Source of the DNA: Lama glama
Lineage: Eukaryota
DNA length: 64,000 bases
Direction of reading: 5' to 3'
NCBI GenBank assembly: GCA_028534125.1
Contig: CM052849.1
Span: 3,224,001-3,288,000, forward strand
The translations under genes and the position numbers were made by a program. This document shows, piece after piece, positions 48,801-60,210 of this stretch (positions are counted from its first letter, which is position 1; each line of letters starts with the position of its first letter). The notes beneath the pieces were generated by a model, which was not told where the DNA came from, did no database searches, and saw only the letters and a program-made list of their open reading frames with translations.

Positions 48801-49598
48801 CATCTCTGGTGTGTTTTCTGCCCAAAGAAACCCCTCCTATTTGGGTTCTTTTTCCCGAGACCAAGCTTTTCATTTTGCAAATAGAAACCGTTAAATGCTT
48901 AACTACCACGGGAAAAGTAGATGCCTAATTCTACCAAACCGAATGCAAATGATCGAAGCCTTTGCAGAGAAGCAGGGCCGGGCTGGGGGGCCTGCTCACC
49001 AGAGCCCACTAAGGCGGGTGCCTCTTCTGCTGCTGGGTTTGGCGGCCACTAAACTCACCACGTGGGGAGTGGGCCCCCGTGGGACTGGCTGCCTCAGAGC
49101 TGCTGCTCTGACCCCAACGGAGGTGGCCTCTGAGCCTCTGAAGAGCACTGAGGGCAGGCCTGACCTGCAGCACTCGGAGGGAGAAAGTCAGTCGGTTTGG
49201 AGGACTTTTGGGGCCCCCACCAGCCTCGGCTGCGTTTTCCTGTGTGGCTCAGCCCCACACATGCAGACTGGTGTGAGAACGAAGGCCCAAGCCCCCGGCT
49301 CTGAACTGCCTCACTCCTCAGCTGGAGAATAGGGCTGAAAATGTTATACCTCCATGTAAATAGGTGGAGTCAGCACGACTGAGTGGGCATCCCTGTCCAT
49401 CCATCGCTGGGGTGCTGTGGGCGGGCTCGTCTTCAGCCTGGGTCAGGTTTGCTGCTCCTTGGAGTCGGCTGTTGTGCAGATCCTGGGCTGGGGGCCGGGT
49501 CATACAGGCAGACAGCGTGGTCAGCTGCAAGCGGCCTCGTGTGTCCTCCTGCCCTGGGTATTCTCCTGCACCCAAGAGGGTCTCGTCCTCTCTTCCAG

Positions 49599-49708
49599 GT
49601 GTTTGTCCGGAAGCTGCGCAAGGCCTATGGGAAGAGTGAGTGGAACACAGTCGAGCGGCTGAAGGACAACAAGCCCAACTACAAGCTCGACCACATCGTC
49701 AAGGAGCG
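49599..49708 (+). CDS. PES1: PES1 exon 4
   Basis: [15 protein letters not shown]...LDHIVKE; 110 nt. Confidence 0.96.
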
Positions 49709-50127
49709 GTGAGCAGGGGGCTCTGACCTGGTGCTGGGGATTTGGTGGGAATGAGACCAAGACCCCGCTCACAGAGCTGGCATCCTCTTGGAGGAAGCAG
49801 GCTAAAAGCAAACTGGCAAGTTTTTCTAATGCAATTCCATGTGTGTGCCGTGAGGGATGCCAGCCTTGAAGGGAACTGGAGGACACACGTCAGTTACAGG
49901 CTTGTCAGAGGAGATGTCTCAGAGGGGAGCCATTTGAGCCAGCCAGGGGAAGTGTGGTTCATGCTGTGCAAAGAGCAAGTGCAAAGGCCCTGTGGTGGGA
50001 GAGAGCTGGAGTTCCGGGGTACACATGGGATGCATGATTAGCCCTGGAAGACGTAGCTGGACACCTCTGATCTTAACCTTTTTCTTGCCCAGCCTTCTCA
50101 GCAGTCCCCCTCATTCATCGGCTAAAT

Positions 50128-50347
50128 CAGTGGTTCTTAGCCTGGGGTCATTTTGCCTCCCAAGAGACACCTAGCAATGTCTAGGGATGTTTCTGTTTCT
50201 CATGACTTGGATGGCAGGGGGTCTACTAGTATTTAATGAATAGAAGCCAGAGGTACAGCTAAACACTCTACAGTATAATAGGACAACCCCCTACGGCACA
50301 GAAAACCTGGCCCAGTATGTCAGTAGTGGTGAGGTTCAGACACCCTG
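50128..50347. mobile_element. MER20 hAT DNA transposon
   Basis: cagtggttcttagcctgggg...tggcccagtatgtcagtagtggtgaggtt...ccctg, about 220 bp, matching the MER20 pattern. Confidence 0.75.
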
Positions 50348-50596
50348 GACTGCCTAAAATCTCTTGTCTTCTCTTGGGGTCTGATGGCCTGGGAAACTTA
50401 GCTCCAGACTGGATGGATTTGACTCCACCCTGGTCCCCTAGGGCAGCTTCAGCCTTTTCCCAGCTGTCTGTTCAGGAGATGGTGGTGGCGGGTCCTGACC
50501 CAGGGAATGGGGCCTTGGAATGGCTAACAGGCTGGGGCCAGGAGGTCAGAGCCTGGGCTGAGTGACCCCGTGAGTGCTGCCTTCCTGGCCCCGCAG

Positions 50597-50768
50597 GTAC
50601 CCAACATTCATAGATGCCTTGCGGGACCTGGACGATGCCCTCTCCATGTGCTTCCTCTTCTCCACATTCCCACGGACTGGCAAGTGCCACGTGCACACCA
50701 TCCAGCTGTGCCGCCGGCTCGCTGTGGAGTTCATGCACTACGTCATCGCTGCCCGTGCCCTGCGCAAG
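50597..50768 (+). CDS. PES1: PES1 exon 5
   Basis: [25 protein letters not shown]...ARALRK; 172 nt. Confidence 0.96.
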
Positions 50769-50850
50769 GTGAGCCCGGGGTGCCTGGGAGGCCCCAGCCT
50801 GCTCCCTGCCCTGCCGCCCGTGTTCTCACCATGCTGTCCCTCCGCCGCAG

Positions 50851-50940
50851 GTCTTCCTGTCCATCAAAGGCATCTACTACCAGGCCGAGGTGCTGGGGCA
50901 GCCCATTGTGTGGATCACGCCCTATACCTTCTCCCACGAT
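50851..50940 (+). CDS. PES1: PES1 exon 6
   Basis: [30 protein letters not shown]; 90 nt. Confidence 0.96.
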
Positions 50941-53341
50941 GTGAGTGTGCCTGTGGGGGGCAGGGGGGTGTGGGGGTGCGGGGCCGGTGCTCCCTCTCTG
51001 GTTCCTAGACAGAGACGAGAGAGTGAGGGGGGTGCTTCCTGTCCTGCAGAGAAAGCTGGGCTCCTGAGTGCTGGCCGGAGGGTGGGGAGTGTGTTGTGCA
51101 CCATTGTAACAGGAGCCAGAGCCCGCCTGACTCCAGACCTGCTGGCTGGTTGACCTTAGACGTGTTCCTTTACTTCTCTGTGCCCCAGTTAATAACATGT
51201 TTCCATGTTCTAAGCCTTGTCGTGAGGATCTAAGGAAAAAAAGCTTTAGAAGTGCCTGGTGGTTGGCCCTTGGGGTTTGCTGAGCAAACAGGGAACAGCT
51301 GTATCACTGGACTCCTCTGCCCCCCCATTCCCATCCCCGACCCAGGGCTGGGGGCTGCGTGAGATCTGGGGGTGAGCATTGAGTGGCACTACTTAGGGAT
51401 ACTGCTTCTTATTTATCTTTTTTTCAGACTGTGGCAATATTTGGCCGGATCCATTGAGAGAAATCCAGGGTTGGCCTCTGTATGGGGGGTGGTTAGCCTC
51501 TAGTCTCCCACAGGGTCCCCGTCAGGCTCCCCTCCTACTTACTATGCTGTGGGTCTGTGTTTGGCCCCGCTTTCTGCTGAGAGTTGAGCAGAATCTGGTG
51601 CCTCCGGTGGAGAGCAGGTGCACCAGCCTGGCTGGATGGTGGGTTTGCTGGCCAGGGGGTGGGTATCCAGGTTGAGCTGGTGGTCTGGGGGCCTTGGGAC
51701 CCTGCCCATTACTCTGGGCTGTTGGGGGCCCAGGCTGGAACCACGTCTTAGTGTGGAGCAGTGGTGATGTTTGGTGGCAGCCTGCGGTCTCTGTGGGAGA
51801 AAGGCGGGTGTGGTCCTCAGCCGCTGGCGTGCCCACTCCCTGGGGTGGGTGTGTGTGCCAGAGCCTGTGCTCTCCCCTTCCCCTGTCCTCCCTGCCTTCC
51901 CTCCTTCCTCTCTGGCCCTCCCTCTCCTTCCTTCTCTTTGATGTCCCACCCCTGCGCTGCTCAGACTGGTCTTTGTCCTCCCGGGTGGTGAATAGGGCCC
52001 TGTGGAAGCCGGCCTCCGCACAGCTGGCCCTGGGGATCAGGGGAAGGGAACAGGCCGCCCCTTCCTCCTTCCTTTCTGGCCAGCTCACTGCCACTGCTTC
52101 CTCTTAGCAGGAGGATGGGGGACCGGTCCTGAGTTGTCGCTGGGGCCCCAATATGCCCCCTCCCCCGGTGCAGCCAGTGCTGGGCACCCGGCAGCATGAC
52201 CCAGGCAGGTAGTGGGGGCCAGAGGGCTGCTCAGCACTGTGCTGGGGGGGAGTCGCTGCTCACGTGCTCCTGGGCGTGTTGAAGGCCCTGGCAGATGCTC
52301 GTGTAAGGACTGGGGGTCGTTGGGGGACAGATGGGGCACCTCTCCAGCCCTGCACCCCCACAGCCCAGTTGCTGCCTGATGGCAGGATGGAGAAACAGCT
52401 CAGTGTCACGGGCGCACAGGCACCGAAGGGTTATTGTGAACGTTACCAATTTTGACGTTGCTTGACACATCCTCCCATCCAGGTCCCTGGAGTTGGCAGG
52501 CCTCCCTGGTTTTGGGGGCGGTGCTGCTTAGGCATCGAGGCACTTTGGTCTCGGTCTCAGATCCTTGCCCTGTTTTGCTTTATCGTCTCCAAGGTTAAGG
52601 ACGAGCCCCCCGTGCCTCTTGCTTGCTCTGTGCTTCTGCCCCAAGCAGGCAGCTCTTCTGCCCATTTCTCCAGAGCTCCCTGGGGCTGAGCCAGGCAGCT
52701 GCCCAGCTCATCCCCGGTCCTCGGGTTGTGCCTTTGTCTCTGGCTTGGCCCCAGGGCAGGCTTGCTGGATTCTGAGTGTCTGTGCCAAGGCTGCTGCCAA
52801 GGCTTGTAGGCTCTGAGTGCCGTCCACCCACTGCCCCCACCCAGGCAGATGGACTGTTCCAGGGCTGCCTCTCCCAGCTGGGCCTCCAGGTGCTTGTGGG
52901 CTAGCCCTGGAGGCGACATTATACGAAAATTGTGGGATAAGTAATGGAGGAGGCACTAGCGGCCTCTGGAGGGACAGAAGTCTGACTTGCAGATTGAGGG
53001 GGAGAGCTGGGGCAGGGGAGGGGGGCGCCAGCCAGTCCTGGAAACATCGTGTCAAGGGCTTCCCTTTTCTAACACCTCTTGTCCCCTTTATGGCATGGGG
53101 ATCGGGCTCTGGCCTCCAGGACACCCCTAACCCTTGGGACCGTGTCTAGAGCCTCACTGGTGCCCAGAATACTCCTGGGTGGGGACATGCCACATGGCCT
53201 CTTCCCATGGGCAGAGCTCTGAAGACAGGGCCACCTTGAGTTGGGGGGTCCTGATCCTTGGGCAGGCAGAACCCCCACCCTGCCTGGGTTGTCAGTGCAG
53301 TCTTTGCACCCACACTGCTGATTTGCCTCCTGTGTCCCCAG

Positions 53342-53458
53342 CACCCAACAGACGTGGACTACAGGGTCATGGCCACCTTCACCGAGTTCTACACGACTCT
53401 GCTGGGCTTCGTCAACTTCCGCCTCTACCAGTCCCTCAACCTGCACTACCCACCCAAG
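53342..53458 (+). CDS. PES1: PES1 exon 7
   Basis: [39 protein letters not shown]; 117 nt. Confidence 0.96.
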
Positions 53459-53589
53459 GTAGGCCCGGCCCAGCCCAGCACCTTCTCCTCCCCCAAAGGG
53501 GCCCTGGCCTTTCTCTCCCCACATGGAGGTGGGGGCCGAGGTGGGAGCAGTGGGCATCCTTTTTCTCTGACCTTCCGCCTGCCTCCCAG

Positions 53590-53664
53590 CTCGAGGGTCA
53601 GCCCCATGCAGAAGCGAAGACCAGTGAGGACACTTATGCTTTGGACTCCGAAAGCTCTATGGAG
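53590..53664 (+). CDS. PES1: PES1 exon 8
   Basis: [25 protein letters not shown]; 75 nt. Confidence 0.94.
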
Positions 53665-53871
53665 GTGAGAGAAGCTGTCAGAGCACGGGCCCCGCCTCCC
53701 CCAGAAGGGTGGTTCCTGGTCTGGGGCTGGGAGTGGTCTCAGGGCTGGTCTTTTGAACCCAAACCTGCTGATATCCATCCCAGAACTGTCAGTGCCACCC
53801 CTGCCCCACCCCATCCATGCCCCCCGACAACCCCCCAACCTGCAAGCAGCAGCCCTGCTTCTTTCCCGCAG

Positions 53872-53958
53872 AAACTGGCTGCCCTTGGTGCCAGCCTGGC
53901 CCGCGTGGTGGTGCCCACGGAGGAGGAGGCTGAAGTGGATGAGTTTCCTGCCGATGGG
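53872..53958 (+). CDS. PES1: PES1 exon 9
   Basis: KLAALGASLARVVVPTEEEAEVDEFPADG; 87 nt. Confidence 0.94.
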
Positions 53959-54111
53959 GTGAGGACTGTGCTGTCTTTTAGAAGGGGCGCAGAGGCAGAA
54001 TGGGGAGGCATAAGGACTGGGAGTTAAAAGGAAGCTGGAGAGGCTCCAACCTCTGCGTCCAGTGGGGGTGTGGGTGGGGCTGACGGTATGAGCGACCCCT
54101 TGTCGCGGCAG

Positions 54112-54242
54112 GAGGTGTCGGCGCAGGAGGAGGACCGCAGGAAGGAGCTGGAGGCTCAGGAGAAGCACAAGAAGCTCTTTGAGGGCCTGAAGTTCTTCCT
54201 GAACCGCGAGGTGCCCCGTGAGGCCCTGGCTTTCATCATCAG
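54112..54242 (+). CDS. PES1: PES1 exon 10 (start of BRCT domain)
   Basis: EVSAQEED...[22 protein letters not shown]; 131 nt. Confidence 0.95.
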
Positions 54243-54541
54243 GTGGGGAGGCTGATGACACTGGCTCTGCCACAGCTTGGGCTAGGTCCCGCTCTGGACC
54301 AGGCAGCCCTGGGAGCCTGTGGGTAACATCAGGCTGGTGTCAGCATCCACTGCTTAGGGCTGTCGGGAAGATTTGACAGAATGGGCGAGGAAAGTTCTCA
54401 GCCTGTCCCCAGCATGTGGGAAACACTCACGGGAGGGCAGCTGGCATCACTTTCTTACCAGCTCAGGGCAGGAGGTCTCTGCTGGGCCATGGTGGGCACC
54501 CCATGCCTGAGCGCTCTTGTGGGCTCTCCCTGTGCCTGTAG

Positions 54542-54667
54542 GAGTTTTGGGGGGAACGTGTCCTGGGACAGATCTCTGTGCATCGGCGCCACCTACGACG
54601 TCACAGACTCCAGCATCACCCACCAGATTGTCGACCGGCCTGGGCAGCAGACCCCCATCATTGGCAG
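54542..54667 (+). CDS. PES1: PES1 exon 11 (BRCT)
   Basis: SFGGNVSWD...ITHQIVDRP; 126 nt. Confidence 0.96.
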
Positions 54668-54777
54668 GTGGGCCCCCGAGGCCCTCGTCTTCCTCCGCTT
54701 GTTTGGGTTTCTGGTTATAGGGGTCTATGTCAAGTTCCCTGCAGATGTGATGACTCTCTGCCTCTGCCCTGTGCCAG

Positions 54778-54962
54778 GTGCTATGTGCAGCCCCAGTGGG
54801 TGTTCGACTCTGTGAACGCCCGGCTCCTCCTCCCCGTGGCAGACTACTTCCCCGGGGTGCAGCTGCCCCCACACCTCTCGCCCTTTGTGTCAGAGAAGGA
54901 AGGCGATTATGTCCCCCCTGAGAAGCTGAAGTTGCTGGCGCTGCAGCGGGGGGAGCACCCAG
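54778..54962 (+). CDS. PES1: PES1 exon 12 (BRCT end)
   Basis: [14 protein letters not shown]...LPPHLSPFV...QRGEHP; 185 nt. Confidence 0.96.
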
Positions 54963-55391
54963 GTGAGGGGCCGGGCCGGGGGTAGGGGGCAGTGGGCAGG
55001 TTTCTCCAGGCTGTCCTTGGCCCTGGGCCTCAGCTGGCTGTTTCCCTTCTTGGCTATGAATGTAGAAAGCTCCAGAGAGCAGGACAGCAGGGGCATGAAG
55101 CCCTTTAAACCCACCTCTGGAATAAGGCTTAGGGGGAGGGCCGTTTGTGTTCTATAGTCAGGTGTTCTTGATGTTCGGAGTAGCTCAGCGGAATGGTCTG
55201 GAAGTTTACATAGGAGGCGACAGAGCTCAGGTGTCCAGAGCCTGGAGTTTCCTCTGTGGGGCAGTGCCAGAGGGGCCATGGTTGGGACAGCCCTGCACCG
55301 CCTTTGGACCATCCCTGTGGCCAAAGAGGGTGGTGCCCAGTGCCAGGTCTCACGCCACGGGGGAAGAGCAGAAGTCCTTGGCTGTTTGTAG

Positions 55392-55627
55392 GAAATTTGA
55401 ACGAATCTGAAGAGGAGGAGGATGAAGAGGACAATGAAGGTGATGGTGATGAAGAGGAAGGAAAAGAAGAGGAGGAGGAGGATATGGAGGCTGGTTCAGA
55501 AAAGGAGGAGGAGGCCCGTCTGATGGCCCTGGAGGAGCGGAGGATGGAGGCCCAACAGACAGCCCCAGAGGAGCGGAGGACAGAGGCCCGACAGACGGCC
55601 CCAGAAGAGCAGAGGACAGAGGGGAAG
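55392..55627 (+). CDS. PES1: PES1 exon 13 (acidic region with 36-nt triplication)
   Basis: NLNESEEEEDEED...EGK|gtaccg; 236 nt, phase 1 to 0. Confidence 0.93.
55511..55618 (+). repeat. PES1: Coding tandem repeat, 3 x 36 nt
   Basis: EARLMALEERRM / EAQQTAPEERRT / EARQTAPEEQRT. Confidence 0.92.
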
Positions 55628-55748
55628 GTACCGGAGAGTTGACTGGGGTCACAGCCTTGGCAGCAGCCCCCTGGCTGTCTTGGTGCCCATTTGGGGGTGG
55701 AGGGTGGTGGGCAGCCTGCCTCCACGAGTGTCTACCCTGTTTCCCCAG

Positions 55749-55910
55749 AAGCCCAGGGTGATGGCGGGCACGGTGAAGCTGGAGGACAAGCAGCGGCTGG
55801 CTCAGGAGGAGGAGAGCGAGGCCAAGCGCCTGGCCATCATGATGATGAAGAAGCGGGAGAAGTACCTGTACAACAAGATCATGTTTGGCAAAAGGCGCAG
55901 AATCCGCGAG
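55749..55910 (+). CDS. PES1: PES1 exon 14
   Basis: KPRVMAGTVKLEDKQRL...KIMFGKRRRIRE; 162 nt. Confidence 0.96.
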
Positions 55911-56397
55911 GTGAGCCTCCGACCTGCCCGAGTTGAGCTTCGAGGCCGCGAGCTCTCCCGGGCAGACTCGGGGCCTCTCTTAACCCTTTTCTGAGGTTGC
56001 TTCCTGGCCCGGCCCAGCGTCTGGGGCCCCCACCCAGGCCCATGTGGGCATCTTGGTGTCAGTGTCCTTCCTGCATCCGGCGCTTTCTGAGTCTGTGGGG
56101 TCCGGGGCCAGAGCCGTTTCAGCAGAGCCAACATGCTTTTATGAAGGAGCGCCTTACGGAAGTGCATACACCTGGAGGGACTACGGGAGGTTTTGGTTCA
56201 CCTTCTGTTTCTTTCTCATTCACAAAGCCACATACACTTACTATTTTTCAAAGAGTTTCATGCACACCGGAACTCTAATGGACGGCCTGAAAGCGACTCA
56301 GCTTTGCCCATGGGGTGATCCGTAGTAACAGCCGCCCAGGTTTCTTTTGTGCACGTAATGACATGGACATTATTTGGGGGGTGTGGTGCTGCATAGA

Positions 56398-56905
56398 CAA
56401 GCAGACCTCCTTGGATTGCGTTTGCTTTACTGCATTTCATAGATACTGTTTTTTAACAAATAGGAGGTGTGGCAGCCCTGTGTTGAGCACGTCTGTTTAG
56501 CGCCATTTTTCCAAGAGCATTTACTCATTTCATGTGTCTGTCACCAGCGACATTGATAATTCTCACATTTCAAACTGTTTCATTATTATGTTTGTTCTGC
56601 TGATCTGTGATCAGTGTTCTTCGATGTCAGTATTGCTAAAAGATCACAACTCATTAAAGGCTCAGGTGAAGGTTAGCATTTTTTTTTTTGGCCATGAAGT
56701 ATTTTTTGATTAAGATATATGCATTATGTTTTTAGACATAATGCTATTGCACCCTTGATAGTCAACAGTGTAGTATAAACGTAACTTTTAAATGTGCCTG
56801 GAGACCGGAAAGTGGCCGAGAAGTTCGGGTGACTGCCTTTATCGCAACCTTCAGTTTGTCGGGGTGAACTGGAACTGAACCTGCAGTATCTCCAGGGCCT
56901 GCCTG
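56398..56905 (+). mobile_element. Internally deleted Tigger1-type element
   Basis: Degenerate TIRs (caagcagacctc / agggcctgcctg); both halves resemble the reverse-complemented ends of the 46-48 kb Tigger1. Confidence 0.75.
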
Positions 56906-57493
56906 CAGGTTGTTTTGCTGTGTGTTTATCATTTAACCGTAGCCTGAACCTCTGTCCACGGCATCTTACAGTGTTCTCTGCTGACAGGGTTAGGTTGTCT
57001 GCCATTTTTAGTCATTCTTAGAAGACACTTAAGCACCTCTCACTTCCATCCAAGTGTCTCTGTAGGGTAGATTCTTAGGAATGTAATCGCCGGGTTGAAA
57101 GGCCTACCTGCTTTGTAATAGATGCTGCCAAACGGCCCTGGGGGAAAGCCTGTTCCAGGTTGACTCCTCCCCAGCAGCTCCTGGTGAAGGTTGAGTGGCA
57201 CCCAGCTTTCCCAGGTCAAGGCGTCAGTGGGGCGGTTGCTTCCAGCTCTGGGAGCCTGTGATCCTCCTAACTTGCTGTGGGCCCATAAAATACTGAGTTA
57301 GAGAGGCAAAAGTGAAGGCATATTTCTTCACCCAAGGTGGTTCAGATTGGTTTGTTTTCCCCCATGGTAGTAATTTGCCTGTTAGCTTTTCTGGAAGCTT
57401 GCGTTTTACGGGGTGGCCTTGAGTGGGAGAAAGGGGGTTGGGTTCCTTCCCTGCCCCCCCATCACAGCTCAGTCCTCCCTTTTCTCCTCACAG

Positions 57494-57577
57494 GCCAACA
57501 AACTGGCGGAGAAGCGGAAAGCCCATGATGAGGCTGTGAGGTCTGAGAAGAAGGCCAAGAAGGCAAGGCCGGTGTGA
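57494..57577 (+). CDS. PES1: PES1 exon 15, last coding exon
   Basis: ANKLAEKRKAHDEAVRSEKKAKKARPV-stop; total CDS 1833 nt = 610 aa. Confidence 0.96.
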   Translation, partial: ANKLAEKRKAHDEAVRSEKKAKKARPV

Positions 57578-57962
57578 GTGGCGGCAGCCCCTCAATGTGC
57601 AAGGCCAGCTCTGGACCAGTGGACTTGGCACAGGCAGGCCAGAGGGCCTAGGCTTGGTGACAGACCAGCGTCTCTTCTGTTTTCATCCTTCTCCTCCCTC
57701 TGCTGGCCTGGCCTCCACTCAGCCTCTCTGGCTGGGCCTCTGGGCAGCCCCAGCCTCCCTTAGATTGCGCTCCCTGCTGGTGGCTGGGTAAGGAGAGGCT
57801 TCCATACTCAGCCGACTTGATTCTCCCAGGAGTCAGCAACACATTCACCCTGGCTTTCCGCCGGCCCTCCCCCCGCCATTCCCCATACCTACCCCTGCCG
57901 TGGGTTGGACCCATGGCTCTCCCAGTGCTGTGATGGGGGGTGAGGGTGGGGGAGTGTTTGTT

Positions 57963-57968
57963 ATTAAA
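57963..57968 (+). other. PES1: Probable PES1 polyadenylation signal (ATTAAA)
   Basis: ATTAAA about 390 nt after the stop, followed by GU/U-rich downstream sequence. Confidence 0.65.
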
Positions 57969-59619
57969 CGGCTTGAGTTTTGCAGCCAATTGAATTCTGT
58001 GTCCGTGAGTTTTCCTGGGGTTGGCAAGAAGGGCCACCTACTACCCTGTGCTCTAGGCTGGCCAGCCTTCGGTATTCACTGAGAGGTGCTGGTCACTGCT
58101 CAGAGCTTTCTGGATGTCCATGGACCACTGTGGGTCCAGAGTTGCCAGAAGGTAGGCACACATTTCAACCCAGATACTTTTGCTCTGTTAACCTCCTTCA
58201 TTGTGTGTAAGTTAAGTGTAGAAGTTCTGGAGACTTTCTGTCAGGGATGTGTGGAGGGTTCAATGATAATGTTACAGAGACTCACTAGTGTCAGGTGTCT
58301 AGAGGGAAAAGTACTCAGGAAATGCCGTGATTGTCATCACTTCCTGTTGGAGTCAATCCAGGAGGTAAAAGCCAGTGTCTGAAGGGTCTGTGGGGCCTGA
58401 GTTGAAGGTTCCTAGCTTTACCTTGTGGGCTTATGGACAAAACTGCCAAGCACCCCCAACGTGGGCTTTGTCAGCAGGCTGCCTTGAAACCCTGTCTGGG
58501 CCATCCTTACAGCTTCCCACCTGGCCCTGGTGGTTCCCTTGCAGAGGCCCAGGGGGACATGCTTTTGCTTGGACTGCCAGTTCCTCGTGGCAGAGTGAGG
58601 GCTGAAATCTGGAGCTTGGAATGGTTCCGCAACCTCTCCCAGGTCCAGTAGGGAGTTTCTAAATAGCACCCCCAGGGCACCCCTGTGGATTGAGTGCTGT
58701 CAGGAGCAGAGGCTGGGTGGGGAAGGATGGGTTTGGAGCTGGACTTCACTAGGTACATGAGGGCCTTGGCCTCCCCACCCCCTCACTCTGTAGAAGTGTC
58801 CAGGCTCTACAGAAGTTTTTTGGGCAGTGTCTTCAGGACCATCCTGTGCAGGGGGAAGGCAGGCGCTTGGTCAGGCTCTCTGGCTGAGGGAGCGGAGAAC
58901 CCAGGGCCCTTGTCTTGCTGGGCCTCACTGTGGGTGAGAGATGTGTTCCACTTTGACACACTTCATGATTGTCGGGGGAGGGAGCAGGTTCCTTCTAGGG
59001 CCTCTGGAGTCTGCAGTCCTGGGGGATGACTTGGGCCTGGGTGCATGTGCATTGCAGGGCCATGGCAGGGGTGCCAGAGAAAGGCTGGAGAGCAGGCCCA
59101 TCAGATATGGAAAAATCCCTGGCAGCCATGCTGATGTGGAATTTTCCCCATTCCAGAGTCGCCCAGTAATGGCGGGGGCAGTGGGGCTCTGACGTGGCTT
59201 ATGCCCCTCTGGGTGGCCAGCTGGTTTTGCACTGCCCACAGCTGGAGCTGAGCATTCCCAGCTCCAGGCCGTTATTAGTCCCCATCCTTGGTCCTGCTCC
59301 TCTGAGGGTGAAGGAGGGAAGCTGGGGACTGGGAAAAGGTGGATCCTGAATGGGGCACCTGCATCCTGATGGCCCTGTGCTCAGCCCTGATGGGCACCCT
59401 GGAGGGGCGGGGTCAGCCGAGACCTCTCAGGGATGTGACCAGCCCCTACTCTCATCAACATTGCAGACGCCAAAAACGTGTGTCTGCACTTTGCGCGGCC
59501 TTTAGAGCCGGAGGCCATACTTCCACTGAATGAAAGTTAAGCAACTGTCTAGCCTCCTCCCTTTTTCCCAGAGCTGGGCTGCCCTCACCACCACCACGCC
59601 ACCCCGTTTCTCGGGCACC

Positions 59620-60210
59620 CTCGAATCCCCTTCAGGACTGGGAGCTCGGCCGAGCCTCAGGGTCCGGCGGCGGGACAATGGCCCCGTTTGCACGTCCGAG
59701 ACAAACGCGCCTTGTTGGGCCGGCGGCGGGGGCGCGGCGGTGCGCCCCGGCGCGCTGAATGCGGCTTCTGTGCGTCCCGGGCAGGCGCGGAGGGGCGGGG
59801 AGGGGGCCGGGACCCGGGGCGCCATTGGCCGCGGCGTCGGGGGGCTGGGCCAGGCTGGCGGCCGCACCTGGCCGGAGCGGGAGCGGGTGCGGCGGCGGCG
59901 GCGGCGGGGGCGGGAGCATGGTCCAGGCCGGGCCGAGCCGGGGGACCCGGCGGGTACACCCCGCCGCCTAGTAAGCGCCCCGGGCGGCGCGGCCCGGGGC
60001 CGAGCCTGCACTCCAAGCCCGAGAAGGACGGGGACAAGGTACGTCCTGTGAGCCCAGCACCTTCCACCAGCTTGCGCCCTGCCTCAGTCTACCCTCTGGG
60101 GTCCAGGCCCGCGCTACCCTAGCCCCAGAACTGGGACTGCGCACGCCAGACCCTCAGACCTGAGGGGTCCGGGAGTGCTACACGGACGCTCCAGGGTCCG
60201 CGTGCCCGTC
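59620..60210 (+). promoter_or_regulatory. GAL3ST1: CpG island, probable GAL3ST1 promoter and non-coding first exon (donor AAG|GTACGT after 60038)
   Basis: CpG island with GC boxes, a GGC run and a splice donor about 2 kb downstream of PES1. Gene identity is inferred only from conserved synteny; no coding exon is in the window. Confidence 0.6.

Noticed and set aside
53134-54273. 297-aa plus and 275-aa minus ORFs
   Set aside because: GC-rich read-through across PES1 exons 7-10 and their introns; fully explained by PES1.
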